The notes under the pieces: model-generated
Database searches by the model: none
The model's input: only the letters and a program-made list of their open reading frames with translations
Told to the model about the DNA's origin: nothing
Source: Vicugna vicugna
Lineage: Eukaryota
Direction: 5' to 3'
Assembly (NCBI GenBank): GCA_013265495.1
Contig: MU060767.1
Coordinates: forward strand, 8,803,400-8,867,399
Length of the DNA stretch: 64,000 nucleotides
Program-made: the position numbers and the translations under genes
Shown here: positions 1 through 12,909 of the stretch, one piece after another
How positions within the stretch are numbered: position 1 is the stretch's first letter
Layout: every line of letters starts with the position of its first letter

Positions 1-764
1 AATCATTAGAGTACTGGGTATTTAGGATTTAGGAAGACAAAACCAGGAAACTTTCGAGAGTGAAAAGTTTTAGGACTGATGAGCATTAACAATTATGTAG
101 GGGCAAAGACAAAAGTCTATAATATTCCAGGCAAGGATGAATGGCCGGCCAGGCTAGCCTCCTGTAGAAATAAAAAGTGTCTCCAAAATTAGTAATAAAT
201 TAGCATTAAGAGGAACTATGAAGCAATATGTAAATGAAGCTTCTTTAATGAAGACAATTTCAGTTCTTTGTCCCAATACCTAACGTTAGCAAAAGCACCT
301 GGACAATAATACTGTCATTGCCTAAAGATTGGACCTGGCAAAAGAATACACACCAAACATGACCCCGAACATGAATGGTGAGTTGCGTGTGTGTGTGTGT
401 GTGTGTGTCCCGTGACACCTGAGTTGGGGAAGAGTGGAAGAACATTATTTCTCCATGTCTAATTCAATAGTAAGTTAAGAAATATTGGAAACACAGAGCC
501 GTTTTTGCCACCAAGGCAGCATAGCCTTGAAGACATTGTATTTTCTAATTAGACTGAACGTGGCAATAGCCTAGCTGCCCCCACACCATCTCCAACAAAA
601 ACTATTAGTCCCACAACTCTGTGTGTTCACCCTGTTAATCAAGACAATTCTGTGTCCCTCAGAGCCCTATCATTTCCTAAGACAGTCACGCTGCAAGAGG
701 CAAGCAGGAGGGAGGGCAAACAGGAGGAGGCCAGGAACGGTGGCATCAGGGCTGGTATCACAAG

Positions 765-980
765 GCTTTGAAGGTGGAAACCTGGTTTTCAATCCCGTCT
801 TTGTTCCGTGTTAGTTCTGTGAAGTCAGTAAGTCCATTTAACCTGCCTGGGAGATAGGCGTCCTTGTAAAATAGAGATGATAATAACCAGTCTCCCCAGA
901 CTGTCTGCAGGATGACATGAGATAAAGTGTGCAGGTTATAGTATGTTAGGCTTAGGGAGTTTCCATACATTTTATGTAGT
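765..980 (+). mobile_element. MIR SINE
   Basis: aggctttgaaggtggaaacctggttttcaatccc..gtaagtccatttaacct..tgtaaaatagagatgataataacc. Confidence 0.65.
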
Positions 981-3900
981 GTAAATGCTATTGAATTGGT
1001 GGGATTTGTGGCCAGGGAAGTCACTGGTCGTTCTAGACTCTCCCACTCTTGTTCCCCGACTTCGCACGTACCCACAACACTATTACAAGGTAGCACCGGC
1101 ACTTGAAGATGCCAGTTAGCGGGGCACTGTGGAGGAACAGCTGGCTGGGAATCAGCAGTTGTGAATTTGAATCTCTGTGAGGTGTCCTGATGATGTAGGT
1201 GCTCCCTCCTGCTCTCATTTTAGCCTTCTCAGCACCTCTTCAGAACAAGCTGTAGGCAGTGCAGTCTTATTTATAACCTCATTTTTATACAATCTGGGGT
1301 ACTCTCTAATGCATTTGTGTTTATACCTTGATATATCCTTGGAATTCTGTGTCTCCACTCCTTCCTTGTTAATGATGTTGGTAATAACAACGGCAAATTA
1401 AGGGCTGATACTCTATATGGAAATAACCAGAATACAACACAGGGTCCTACAGTGTTTATATCATGTGTTTTGAGTCAATTCTGATATATGTAGATTTCAA
1501 GGCAATGTTCTATCACTAACTGTCTTCAAAAACTAAGAGAGTCAAGTGGGAAGTGCTAATCTAAACAACTACTTTGGGTCGTGATGGTGGGAAGGCATTT
1601 GCTTTCTTGCTTTGTTACTTTTTCAGTCCAATTTCAGCCAGCTGGGAGTGAGTCTCTGTGTCTTTTTCCTCTTCCCCCAGTGCTCAATGAAAGTAGCATG
1701 ATATCTTAGACTTTTAAGTCACTTCTTTCTGTCTTTCTCTTTCAGACTAAATATGGGTATTGTCTTAGGATGAATAGCTCTTTGGCAACACAGTTAGCCA
1801 CACAAAACTTCTAACACGGCCAAAAAACCCTCTATGTGATGCCACCAACTCATCATCAGTTTATTACTTCAGTTTTAGAGTAATTGCTCCATATTATCAG
1901 TTTAGCCTCATTCCCCTAAAATACCCGGCCTTAGCAGTTACATGTCTTATTTCTAGCTATGCCACTTTCTGCAACAACCATTCTCTAGTTACTTAATACG
2001 TATTATTTATTAAGGTAGGTATTAGGTTTGTCATATTGGATAAGGCATTATTTGTCCCTTCAGTAGGATTACTTGTCTATTAGATTAAATTGAGGAATAA
2101 ACAAACTATTACTATGTTTTATAAGTTCTAAGATGAGCATGCAAGGTGCTATAAAATACAGAATTTGGGTATCTGTGTCATATTGGATGGTGGTGGTTAT
2201 AGATGGCTATTCTAAGAGGTACTATTTAAATTCCATTCTGAAGGATAAATAAAAAGAAACTATAAGAAGAAAGAGTGGGAAGAAACTTGTTGCAGACACA
2301 GAGAATGATACTAACTTATCATTAAGTTAGTAAATGACCTTAGGCATGTCTCCCAACTTCCCTGGGCTTTAGTCACACAGAAAATAGAACAGATGAGTAC
2401 TATTTTACTTAGATTTGAATAGAATGTAAGATTTCTGATCCTGTGAATGAAGCCAGGGATTAAATCCAAAAAAATGCCCAGTGCCTTTTCTCTTTTCATT
2501 TTGCAACAAATCGTTTTTGTGTTATGTCTTATCATTGACCATCCATAATCCCTTTTCCGTCTGCTTTAGATTCTTAAATCATTTGCCAGCATATTTTCTC
2601 CAGGACAAGAGAGAGACATTTCAAGCTAGATTTAAGGAGTAAGTAGAAATTAGCTAAGGGTAATAGATGTAAGCCAAATGTCTGTTATAATTTCATTGCT
2701 GAGATTTGGAATTTAAGATGCTCGAAAATTCCTCAGAGACATCAAATAGACAACATTTCCAGAGACAAATCCATTTTTTTGCTTCTTTCTACATTCCATG
2801 AAGCTGTGGCTTGGTACTCTCCTTAGATCATAATTTAGATGTCAATCTTTACTACTCTAAAATAGTGGCCCTGGAGTTTTAGCTCTACTTAAGACTAGCT
2901 TCCAAATATAATAAAAAATAGCTATGAAATCAGAAACCTCTTAGTAATTCTACTGGCTCACAGCAGGACCACTTGAAAAGTCACTCAATATAGGAAAGAA
3001 ATAAAATGCAAGGTTCAGAAGGCAGTGCCAAAAATGAAGTTGAAATGGTTGGAAATTTCGTTTCATACCACTTCCTCCTTAACCCTTTAGTGATATTTCA
3101 ATGAAAAGTTGTATTTGAAGCTCCAAATTATATTACATAGACTATTGCAACAAACTTTCAGAATGTTCCTCTTAAGTGAGTGAATTTCTACAGATTCATG
3201 GCCACGGCTTAGAACAGCAATTTGCTCTCATAAGTGTGGCTGATTAGATGCAACGTGGTCTTCCCATTTTGAATCTCTAGCTCTAGGGAATATCTAGTTT
3301 CAGCTCCTCATTTTAATCACAAAAAGTGTTGACATGGTACATCTATAAAGCCAATACTGTGTCCTGCACTATCCTGTCATTTTCAAAAGGTGGTCATGTT
3401 GGAAGTCAGGAGAAGGGAGAGACTTTAAGTCCCGGAAAGTAGACAATTACCCCACCCCTCCTAAAGTGAGGGACAGAGTCTGAATAGGACTGAACCAAAG
3501 TCCAGCACCCTTTTCCGTCACAATTAGATAATTTTTAACACAAACAAGTGATGTCAGTTGAGGTCACTGTTAAGTGAAAAATGTGCCTGTCTTATGATAT
3601 AATTTATAAAGAAATGCCCACTAATGAATTGGCTGCACTTAAAGTGACTATTCTATGTAGTTCCTAATTTGTTCATTAGCATTAAAATAATGTTTTGCTA
3701 TTCCTGGTGGAAGAAGTATCTAAAATTTACATCAGGATTCCATGTTTTCTTATATTTTATATAAGCAGAAGAAAGAATATAGGTTTGGAATTAGAAAACT
3801 AGAAGTCTCAGCTTTCAGTTAATGAGTTTTAGTGGCCTTGGGCAAGTTATTAATTTCTGTCAATTTCATCATTAAAATGTATAGAGCAGAAATGTCTGTT

Positions 3901-4454
3901 TTCTCAGAATTTTCCTTTCATTGCTAAAATATAAATACTATTAATAAGGGTTTTATTTTGTATTTTTGTCAAATTATGACAATTATTTACTACACTCTTC
4001 TGTAGTAGGTTCATGGATTGAGAATCTACTGATGCACAATGGTCAGTTTCCCAGCACTGCTTAACTCTGTGTATGGTGTCTGCCTCTTTTGGATTCCTTG
4101 TGATTTTTTTCCTTGGGGCTGGAGGGGAATGTCTTTGTGTATTTATTTATTTGTTTAGGATTGGTTTTGTTCTGCCTCCTTCTTTATGGACAGATTGCCT
4201 TGATGTCTTGCTGCTGAGTCCAGTGTTTTCTGTTTTTGAAAGTCTTTTTTCCCTTCTTTTAATGTCCTATTTATTGAAAATCAAGAAATCTTTTCAGACA
4301 TTTATCGAATAGGACTAAGTAGTTCCTAAGTAAAATCCTCCATTTGTTTTTATTAGTAGTTGATGAACTTTGCTGTATCTAGAGCTGTTTTGGTAAATCA
4401 TAGATCTTGATTTTGGATATTTTGCTCCTTCAACACCTAAAATTGGCCAGTAGA

Positions 4455-4740
4455 ATTGAGTACTAGAGATTATAAACACAAATAAGATGTAGTTCTTATC
4501 CCAGTTAGTTCACAGTCCAGTGAGGGAGAAAGACAATTATGTTTTGTTAATAAGGACTATGGTGGAGTAAGTGCTCAAGGCTCTGGGTCCTCAGAGCAGG
4601 GACATTTAACACCTGAAGAGGTTACAGAGTATGAGTTAGCAGAGGCACTATCTAAGCTGAGAGCTGATGGAAGAGAAGGGATTAATCTAAAGGAGAAACA
4701 GGAAAGGCCTCTTAGGCAGAGGAAACGAGACAGCAGCACA
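4455..4740 (-). mobile_element. L2 fragment
   Basis: aaataagatgtagttcttatccc..ttcacagtccagtgagggag..ctaagctgagagctgatggaagag..ttaggcagaggaaac. Confidence 0.65.
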
Positions 4741-5040
4741 GTTCCTCCTGTATAACACTCTCCTTAATGTGTGTAGAGGGCACAAGGCACGAAAGGGTCA
4801 TTTTGGTAGAGGTCTGAAAGTAAACAGGGTGCACCAACCAGGTCCCTATCCTGAAGGAGCTTGTGGAACACAGTTAAAAACTTGTTCTTATCCCAAGGAT
4901 AGTCAGCCAGGTAAATCATCTTCAGATACGTGAAGAGTTCTTGTTTTTGTCCTGCCCTCACTGCAATCTGCGTTGCCAAGGAAGATCACATTGATCCGTC
5001 ATTAATAAAATAATGGAGAACGTGGTTGAGGCTTAAGTGA

Positions 5041-5042
<2 letters not shown>

Positions 5043-5076
<34 letters not shown>
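5043..5076. repeat. (GT)n microsatellite; others at about 388-408, 21337-21350, 31988-32010, and (CA)n at 33315-33343, 34076-34101, 61273-61296
   Basis: Read directly. Confidence 0.95.
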
Positions 5077-5078
<2 letters not shown>

Positions 5079-6684
5079 TGGTGGTAGTGAAAATACAATC
5101 CATGAGGAGTCAGTGGATTCATAACATGGTAAATGGTGCAAAAAAGGCTTAAAAACATTAGATCATCTAGCAAGAGACATACTCTATGAAGGTTTTGGAT
5201 AAAAAGGGATGTATTTAGTCCATGAGTTGGAGAACTTCTTGGGCGCAGAGTGCCTGTCTGTTGTTTTTCTTTTGGAATGACCTTTGTGTGGCGGGAGAAC
5301 GTAAGAACGTGCTATCTTGCACGTCTCTCCCTATCTGTATCACTGAATGATATCACTGCTAGTCACTGTCTTGATGAATTAACATAGGGCTAGAGTCACA
5401 CTATTACTAGTGGAAGCTTAAATCCTCAATAGATGTCTCTGTTCCTTGATATTTCCACAAAGAGCCTCAACCATCCAGAGGGAGAAGATAGGTTTCATGG
5501 GTTTGAGGGACAAAAGAGGGACACTGTCTTCTCAGATATAGATTGTTTCTAAAGTGATTATGGAGGATTATCTTGGTAGACTCATGTGAACAATTGCTTC
5601 AAACATTCAGGGCATAGATGTAATGGCAAGTAAAACCAAGATTAGAAGAGTTTGGCATGGGAAAGGGGAAGATTCAATGCCAAAATTTTGTAAGTTTTTT
5701 AGAATAAGCAAGATAAGGCAGATTTTTTTTTTTGTCTTGCAACATTGCTTTTGTATACCAGACTTTTCCAACAAAGTTATTGTTACCCCTATATTCAGAT
5801 TGTAGTTTGGTTGCTAAATTGTGATTGACACTTTTGGCAGAGGGTCAGAGATTGCATTTTAAGCTACACTGGTGATGAGGAATAAGAGAGACAGAATCCT
5901 AAGATAATGCAGTTTAACTAATGGATTTATCATGTACTGTAGATACACTTTTTAAAGAAACAAAATAAAATGTGTAGCTATTAATATCAGCCAGATTGAA
6001 GTTACCGCAAGATGGAAATTAAATTTGTGAACCATAAGTGTTTGAGATCATTACTGAAAAAAAATGTTTTAAGTTTACAGTTTGATAAATTATGTAGCGT
6101 ACTTTCAAATAAAAACATTAAAAAATATTGAACATTTACAGTATTTAGTTTTGAAGTTGCTTTTAGGGGATATGCACACACACATGCATACATGGCTTAA
6201 GACCTCTCCTCAAGGATTATAGTTCAGACAGGAAGTATAAATATATGACATGTTAAATGAAAATACCTAAATAATACAAAGACATCACAAATTGTTATTA
6301 GATAGGTTGCAAAAGTAAGTGACATATAAAATAACGTCACACAGGAGGGCATCATCAGAACCCAGAAGAGGAATTCGGTGTAAATTACCTCAACATGATA
6401 TACAGATTTAAATATTTCTAGGCTTCAGCTAACTGCAGACCTGGCCTCAAGAGGTTTTTAGAGGATTAGCTCATTCTTTGTAATTATCTGTTAATCTATT
6501 AATCTTTCTAGGGGACTTTGGCTCCCTCAGGGCTTGGTTAATTTAATGGCTCTTAACATTCCCAGTTCCTAACCTTGTACTTGACAAACAAAAGGCTCTC
6601 AACAGATGGTTTGGTACGTGAATGAATAACCATGTTTCATGCAGGCGGAGAAAGGTGGATCATATTACAGCAGTTACTAATTAC

Positions 6685-6761
6685 CTTTGTCCAAAACCTG
6701 TGGAAAATATGACATGAAACAATGCAGAGGCCTGGGTAACACGATTGCTTTGTAGTCCTCT
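6685..6761 (-). other. Candidate exon (77 nt)
   Basis: Acceptor ttctcatttctttttcag|AGAGGAC and donor GACAAAG|gtaatt; all three frames open; could be a pseudo-exon. Confidence 0.27.
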
Positions 6762-8229
6762 CTGAAAAAGAAATGAGAAGGACATTCCAGGTGAGGATAA
6801 TGACGTGAAGAAGGCCTGGCTCTGAAAAAGACTGGTATAAATAGATTAAATAAGTACTAACTAGCATCATTCCCCTGACTCTGTATGGCTAAACATGGGA
6901 TAGTCTGGAGCCCTGGAACATCTCAGATCCTTGTAGAGTGCAGGTTGTGGAGAATCCTAATCTGTTTGGAAGAGCAGGATCATGGATGTTAAGGAGTCCC
7001 ACTGAGGCATCAGGAACCAAGCAGACAGTCATAGAACTGGCAATCCTTGGGTCAGGGCAAATCTGAGCTGAAGCATAGATCTTTTCCAGGAGAGTCAAGG
7101 GCAGCCTGATCTGTTACAGAGAGCACTAGATGAAGAGTGAGGAGATTTGATGTCTAGATTTGATTCTGCCTGTAGCAAGCTGTGTGACTCAGTTTCCTTG
7201 TTTGTAGAACGGGAGGCAGCGGGTCCCAGGATCCCTTATAGGTACATCACAAACTGCTCCATGATTCTGTGAACTAAGGTGATCCCTGTGGCCCCGGGAA
7301 TGGAGGGCAGCAAAGTCTATGAGGTGCACTCTCCTCTCCACCTTCTCCTGGAGGCACTTCATGTATCAAACTATGGACAGAAACAACTGGCAGGTGAAAG
7401 TGTGGTAAACTGGTTAATGGCCTTGATTTTGGAGTAAAAAGAATCTAGGCTCTGGGCTCAAATATGGCAGCCACCCTTAGTAGCTGTTGAATTGTCTGTA
7501 AAGTCTGTAAAGATTAAAAAAAAGTCTATCCTCCCAGGGCTGTCTGAGGGTGGAAAGGGTCCAGCATGGAGACACAGGGAGGGCACTGACAGCACCGCGT
7601 GACTTTCTCTCCCCTGAGATGACTGCTCTTCTCTCGTCCTGCTTCTCAGTCATCTTGTGACCATTCCCAGGATGGAAAATATCTCATTTTAATTCTCTTA
7701 AAATATAAAAGGAACATATTGCAAAATGGGTGGGGTGGGGACAGAAGAGTCTGTCTGGAAGCAGTTATATTAGGACCTCAGAAGATGGGGCTGATGACTT
7801 GGTGCAAGTTTTGGGATTCCCTCATATGCTTTGGTCTAACAAAGAGCTGCTAAAGGGATCATAGAGGCCAAAAAAAAAAAAAAAAAAAACTTTTTGATGA
7901 TGCTGGAAAAAAAGAACAAAAACAAAAACAAAAAAACCTAAATCTCACACACGAACTCTTAAGATTATAACCATTCATTTTTTTTTAAATTGCTGATAAA
8001 TAAACGTGGAGTCACCTCTCATGATCTCTTTCTCCCACACCTTTTCAAAGCTATTCTGATGATCAACCCCGAACTGTTTCCTATTACAAGTTGGAACGAA
8101 ATTCGGACTCCTTCTCGTAACTGGAAAGACTTTGCCCGGTGGGCCTCCGGCTTCTTTGTCCCGTCTCTACCACATTCCCCTTTGCTGCCTGACGTGAGCC
8201 TCGCTGACCCCTGAAGCTGTCCCGCTCGT

Positions 8230-8660
8230 ATGCTAAGCCAGACCTTATCTCTGGGAGCTTGCAGTGGTATGCCTAGCCTGGAAGATTTCTCTCAGTCCTC
8301 TGCTTGATAGACTCGACTCATCATTCAAGGTGCAGCTCCAATGTCATCCTGCGAAGATGCCTTCCCCGGTTCTTCTCCAAAGCAGCCCCACATTCAGGAC
8401 GTTCTCTGTGTTCATGGACTTGTTGTATTTAGTTCACAGCACTTTCCATTTCCTGAAGTTGATTTGGCTGATTGATTCATTGATCTGTTCATTGACTCAT
8501 TTACTTTCTGTCTTTCCCACCAGATGGCGAGCTCTCTGGAGACGGGAGCCTGTCTACTTGGCTCACTGCTGCAGCAGAGGTGTCTAGAATGGAGCTTCAT
8601 ACGCGGTATGTATTCAGTTAATATTTGCTGAATAAATACATGGGTGGATGGATGGGTGGG
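8230..8660 (+). mobile_element. L2 3' end
   Basis: Ends ctgtctacttggctcactgctg..cggtatgtattcagttaatatttgctgaataaatacatgggtggatggatgg, the L2 3' terminus with its TGAA/TGGA tail. Confidence 0.7.
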
Positions 8661-8794
8661 TGCATGAGTAGAGGTTCACTTTAGCACTGGCTATTTTATT
8701 TCAGAGGTGAGAAACTCATCCCTCTTCATCCTAGTCTTGGGCACATCTGGGAAACAGAGAGTAAATGAGTCTGTTTCCTTAAAAGTGGTACTCT

Positions 8795-8950
8795 CCACCT
8801 GTAAGCAAAATGTGGAGCTTTTATAATACAGATGCCAGTGCTCCATCCACCAATTAAATCAGAAGCTCTGTGGGTGGGGCTTAAGCATTGATACAAACAA
8901 ACAAAATAAGCAAACACAATAAACTCCCTGGGTGTTTCTAGTGTGTAACT
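8795..8950. mobile_element. MER5-like fragment
   Basis: ggagcttttataatacagatgcc..ccaattaaatcagaagctctgtgggtgggg..ctccctgggtgtttcta. Confidence 0.55.
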
Positions 8951-9619
8951 GGATTTGGCAACTCCTGGCATGCTTTATTCATCCCGCAAAGAACTGATAG
9001 TAATCTGCTTTTGGATTCCGTGAGATGATGTTTGGAAATAAAATTTTAAAGTTTGCAATTTGTATTACGTGGGAATCTAGAAAAAGAAGAATAGTCCTGA
9101 AAAGACACTATTCTTAACTAAAGAAAGATAGAAATTTTCAGAAAAGGGAGCCTGAGATCTGACCTCAGCTGGCTAGGATTGTCCACTTTAGACATCCTGC
9201 CCTTGAGTTTGTTTGCACTGTTCATTAAACCTCTGGGGCTTTTGCAGGTGGCCATTGTCCTGTGATCTAGGTACCGTTTGTTCTGTTTCCATCTCTCCCT
9301 AAGCATTGCTAGGGGTTCCTTACTAAGCAATGGTACACTGTTAGAGCTCCTTGGATGACAGTGGCATTGTGCTCTTGACGTGTTTCAGGCAGATAAGCAT
9401 TGATACGATTTGAATGAGAGTTGTATGACATTGTTGAAAGAGCCTAGTTGTTTGAAGCAGGTATGACAGAGACTAATGAGGGAGTAAAGTGCAATTGAAC
9501 TTTGAAACCAATTTATGCACACATCAAAAGATATGCTTTTATTATCTCAGTATCTGGTTTTTCCTCAAAGTTCCCAAGCACGTGAATCCTGTTTTACATA
9601 TATGCATTGCTTTATGTTG

Positions 9620-9810
9620 ACTTCTCAGGACAGAATCTGTTACATTTGCATATTAATCAATCCTGATTCAGTGGGCCACGGTAATTGCCGAACATTTGGA
9701 ATCCAAATTTTGCTGATTAGAATTCTGAAACGACGATTTATTAGCGCAACATAACGATTCCGAACGATTTCCTCAGGAGAAACCTCCCATTATTAATTAT
9801 TAGCAAAAGT
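9620..9810. promoter_or_regulatory. Candidate conserved enhancer (POU/homeodomain motifs)
   Basis: Octamer ATTTGCAT 9644-9651 abutting ATTAAT; several TAAT/ATTA cores; CpGs retained in AT-rich unique sequence. Confidence 0.4.
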
Positions 9811-11429
9811 TGCTCCCTAAGAGCTCCCCAAAGGAGACTGGGAAGAAAAAAAATTTTTTAAAACTGCATAAAGAGGCAGGGAAAGATATATTGATGTAAT
9901 TGTATTTAATGTGCTGTGCATCATGACCAAAAGCGCTTTTTATATTTCTTATTAAAAAAGAAAAGCACCAATTCAACTTTAAATCTCTGTGAGAAAAAAA
10001 CCTCTAAAGCAAAAAACTGCAAACAGATATTGCCAGGCATCAGACCCTGTCTCTTTTGTGACATGAACCTGTTTAGATGCTGGCTTTCTCCGTGCCCCTG
10101 CTATGACTTTTCCCCAGTGGTTCTTCAACCATGCTATTTAAAATTAGATAGATATGATTAATTTGTTTCTGCCTTGCTTTGAGAAAACACACCACAGAGG
10201 GGCTTTGATCTGATCACTCAGGGAGGTCCCCTTATGGTCCAGCCATCCTGGGTTGGAATCAGAGCAAAGACTCATGTGATTATACGTGTCATTTTTAATT
10301 GAGCACTAATGTCAGTGCTGATTAGGAACAAAGGAACATGTGGCATTGCAGCCAGGGCTCATTTTCTCATTACCTGTATAACATTAAGAGGTACCTATGA
10401 TACCAAAATCTCTGTGTAACTTCATGGAAAAGAGCATATTGTATTTTTATGTGGTTGTGTTATTTCAAAGGGCTGGAAAAATTACTAGAAACCCATCTGG
10501 TACTGCTAAGTAGCCATTTGAAGAGAAGTGGTTGAGGATCATGCCTTTTGCAGGAAGGGCACCTTCAATTGGCACGAACTGAGTCATAGTGATTTGTACC
10601 TTTCCGCTCCCTGGTGATTGTTGGCTGGTTTTTTTGGCATTTGAGACTGTCATGTACATGAGACTCCCCACCCCCCTTTTACCCACCAAAGCTTTTGTGA
10701 CATGTTTCTAAGCCTGTCTCTTCCAGCTGTACCTGTCTCTGCCACTTACCCTCACTCTTAATACCGATGGCAGAGATGAGCCATCAGCTGCTTTGAAGCA
10801 GTGTCCTGCAAGCCTGTGCTTTGGCAGATTTGAAGGACGTGCTCTTTCTGATGGCAGCAATGAACGATATTAAGTGCAGGGAGGTGTCCTGGCTATCAGG
10901 TGACATCCATCTCCCGAGGGACAACTTAGGGTGCCTTGTGATGAGCTCTTTGTGAAATGCTTTTGCATTGAATCATCTAGTTTGGGTTATAAAAATGAAA
11001 GCAAATATCACATCCAGTTCTGAACTCAGCTTGAAGTCAAAGCAATGAAATGAATGGGTTCTGGGGTGAGGAGGGGTGGTGGCAGGGAGGAACTGGGACT
11101 TAAAGATCCATTGCTTTGGAGGGAAAAGGATGTCAAGGAAGATTTTTGTCCATGAAGGGACATGCATGAAAGTATATGACTTTGAATATTGTCTTTAAAT
11201 GCTCGAGTCTTAAAAGTGGAAAAAAGAAAGGCTGTCTTGTAACTCAGCTTGGATCAGTTTTAGAAGTAGACACTCTTTCCAAAGGGCCAAGTCAGGCTGG
11301 GCTGAAATCTGGGGATGAGGTTTAGGGGTGAATAGAGTGAACCGTGATAAGTCAGAAAAGGAGGCAGGAATGTGTGACTGTGCTGAGTTTCTAAGGCTGC
11401 AGAAGTGGCTTTATGGATCGCTGCCTCCA

Positions 11430-11860
11430 TGGGGAGGCATCTTCGAGTTCGCCGAGTGGACACCGAGGTGAAAGAAATCTATGAACAAGATCTTATCACT
11501 GAAATTAAATGGTGGCAGACATGTCCAAGGAATATTGCAGGGATTTGATTACTTTATGAATCTTGTGATACGTGAATGTGTGGAGATGGCAACTAGTGGG
11601 CAATAGAACAGTGCTGGAATGCTGGTGATGTGAGGGGATCGGATCATCATGGAAGAAGCCTTGGAACTGGAGCGAGCGACAGCTGTGTTCGCCAGAGAAG
11701 CCCACTGCTTCCACGTGTCCCTCTCCACGTTTTACTGCAATAAAAATTGTGTCGTGTACATTGTCCTGCTGAACTCTTCTGCTAGACTTTTTGTCAAAGT
11801 CAAAAATGCTTTCTCAGGTGTTCTGAACATAGGAAATAAAATATGAGCTCTTAAAAAAAA
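11430..11860 (+). pseudogene. SNRPG: Processed (intronless) SNRPG / Sm-G pseudogene
   Basis: From ATG 11481 the frame reads [63 protein letters not shown], matching Sm-G ([64 protein letters not shown]) with no introns. In-frame TAG 11604-11606 and TGA 11631-11633; native start region deleted; native stop lost; SNRPG-like 5' and 3' UTR; AATAAA 11835-11840 and A-tract 11853-11860. Confidence 0.95.
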
Positions 11861-12909
11861 TAGAAGCACTGCCTACCTTCACAACCTCAAAAGGAAGGAG
11901 AGAAATTAAACATAGAAAAATAGCAAGTAGTGTGTAGATTACTAATTTCTGGCTTGTCTGAAGTCATGTAAGAGAAAGGATGTCAAGTCGAGTCATTGGA
12001 ATTAGAGAAGAGGAGAGACTGAAAAAGAAAAGAGAGGAAAGGAAGAAAGCAACAAAAGTTCTCCCAGCTTCATCTCAAATAGAATAGCTCCCTGTATTCA
12101 TTCTCCCAGTAAACCTTTTTCAGCAACTCCAGCCCCATGGACTTAAGTGACACTACTGTGGCCACAACACACACTGCGCAGTGTGTTCTGTCCACCCCAT
12201 TTTAGGGAGATCTAGTCAATTGGACTCAATGCCTTTGGACCTCAGTGGTGAGATCTGGGCTACACTAATCAGTGGGTGTATGGATGCTATTCGATGACAC
12301 CAGCGTGAATAAGAGTTTTAGAGAGTGAAATCGAAAGGAGGAATCACACTGAACTCTGTGAAAGGCGAACATTTAAAGGATGTGTGTGAGGAGATGATCT
12401 GGAAAGAAGTCAGAGGTGGAGAAGGCAGGGATACAGGAGGGAAGCTGGAAACATGTGGTATACAAAGTGCAGAAACGAATAGTCTGCTTGACACTGGGAT
12501 TGTGGAGAGGCTAAATACATTGAGGACTGACGGATATTAACTGTATTTATCATAAGGCATCATTATAAATTTCTCGTTTTGGACTTCGGAAGAACAGGAA
12601 TGGACTCTTTACAAAGTGGAGAAATTCCTAAAAGTGAATTAAAATGTAGAACTTTAGTGCAGTTAACACAATTTCAACATCAAATATAATTTCATCAGCA
12701 CTCAAAGGTTTTTTGACACATGACATTGAACTAGGATATTTAAATATGTGCCTTTTGGATGTTATGTCAATAATAACAATGACATGACAATTATGACTAA
12801 CTGCCATATTTTATTTGGCATAAAATTGATGTTGAGAGAATTTTGACTTACTGAGAATGTCCCAGATGGTGGGCTCTGTATATGCATCACTCAGTATAAA
12901 CAGAGAGGC

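Noticed and set aside
10204-10216. 13-mer TTTGATCTGATCA shared with 51515-51527
   Set aside because: Dozens of 13-mer matches are expected by chance in a window this size.
12169-12186. Perfect 18-bp palindrome ACACACTGCGCAGTGTGT
   Set aside because: About 0.25 such palindromes are expected by chance in 64 kb (64000/4^9), and it is partly low-complexity.
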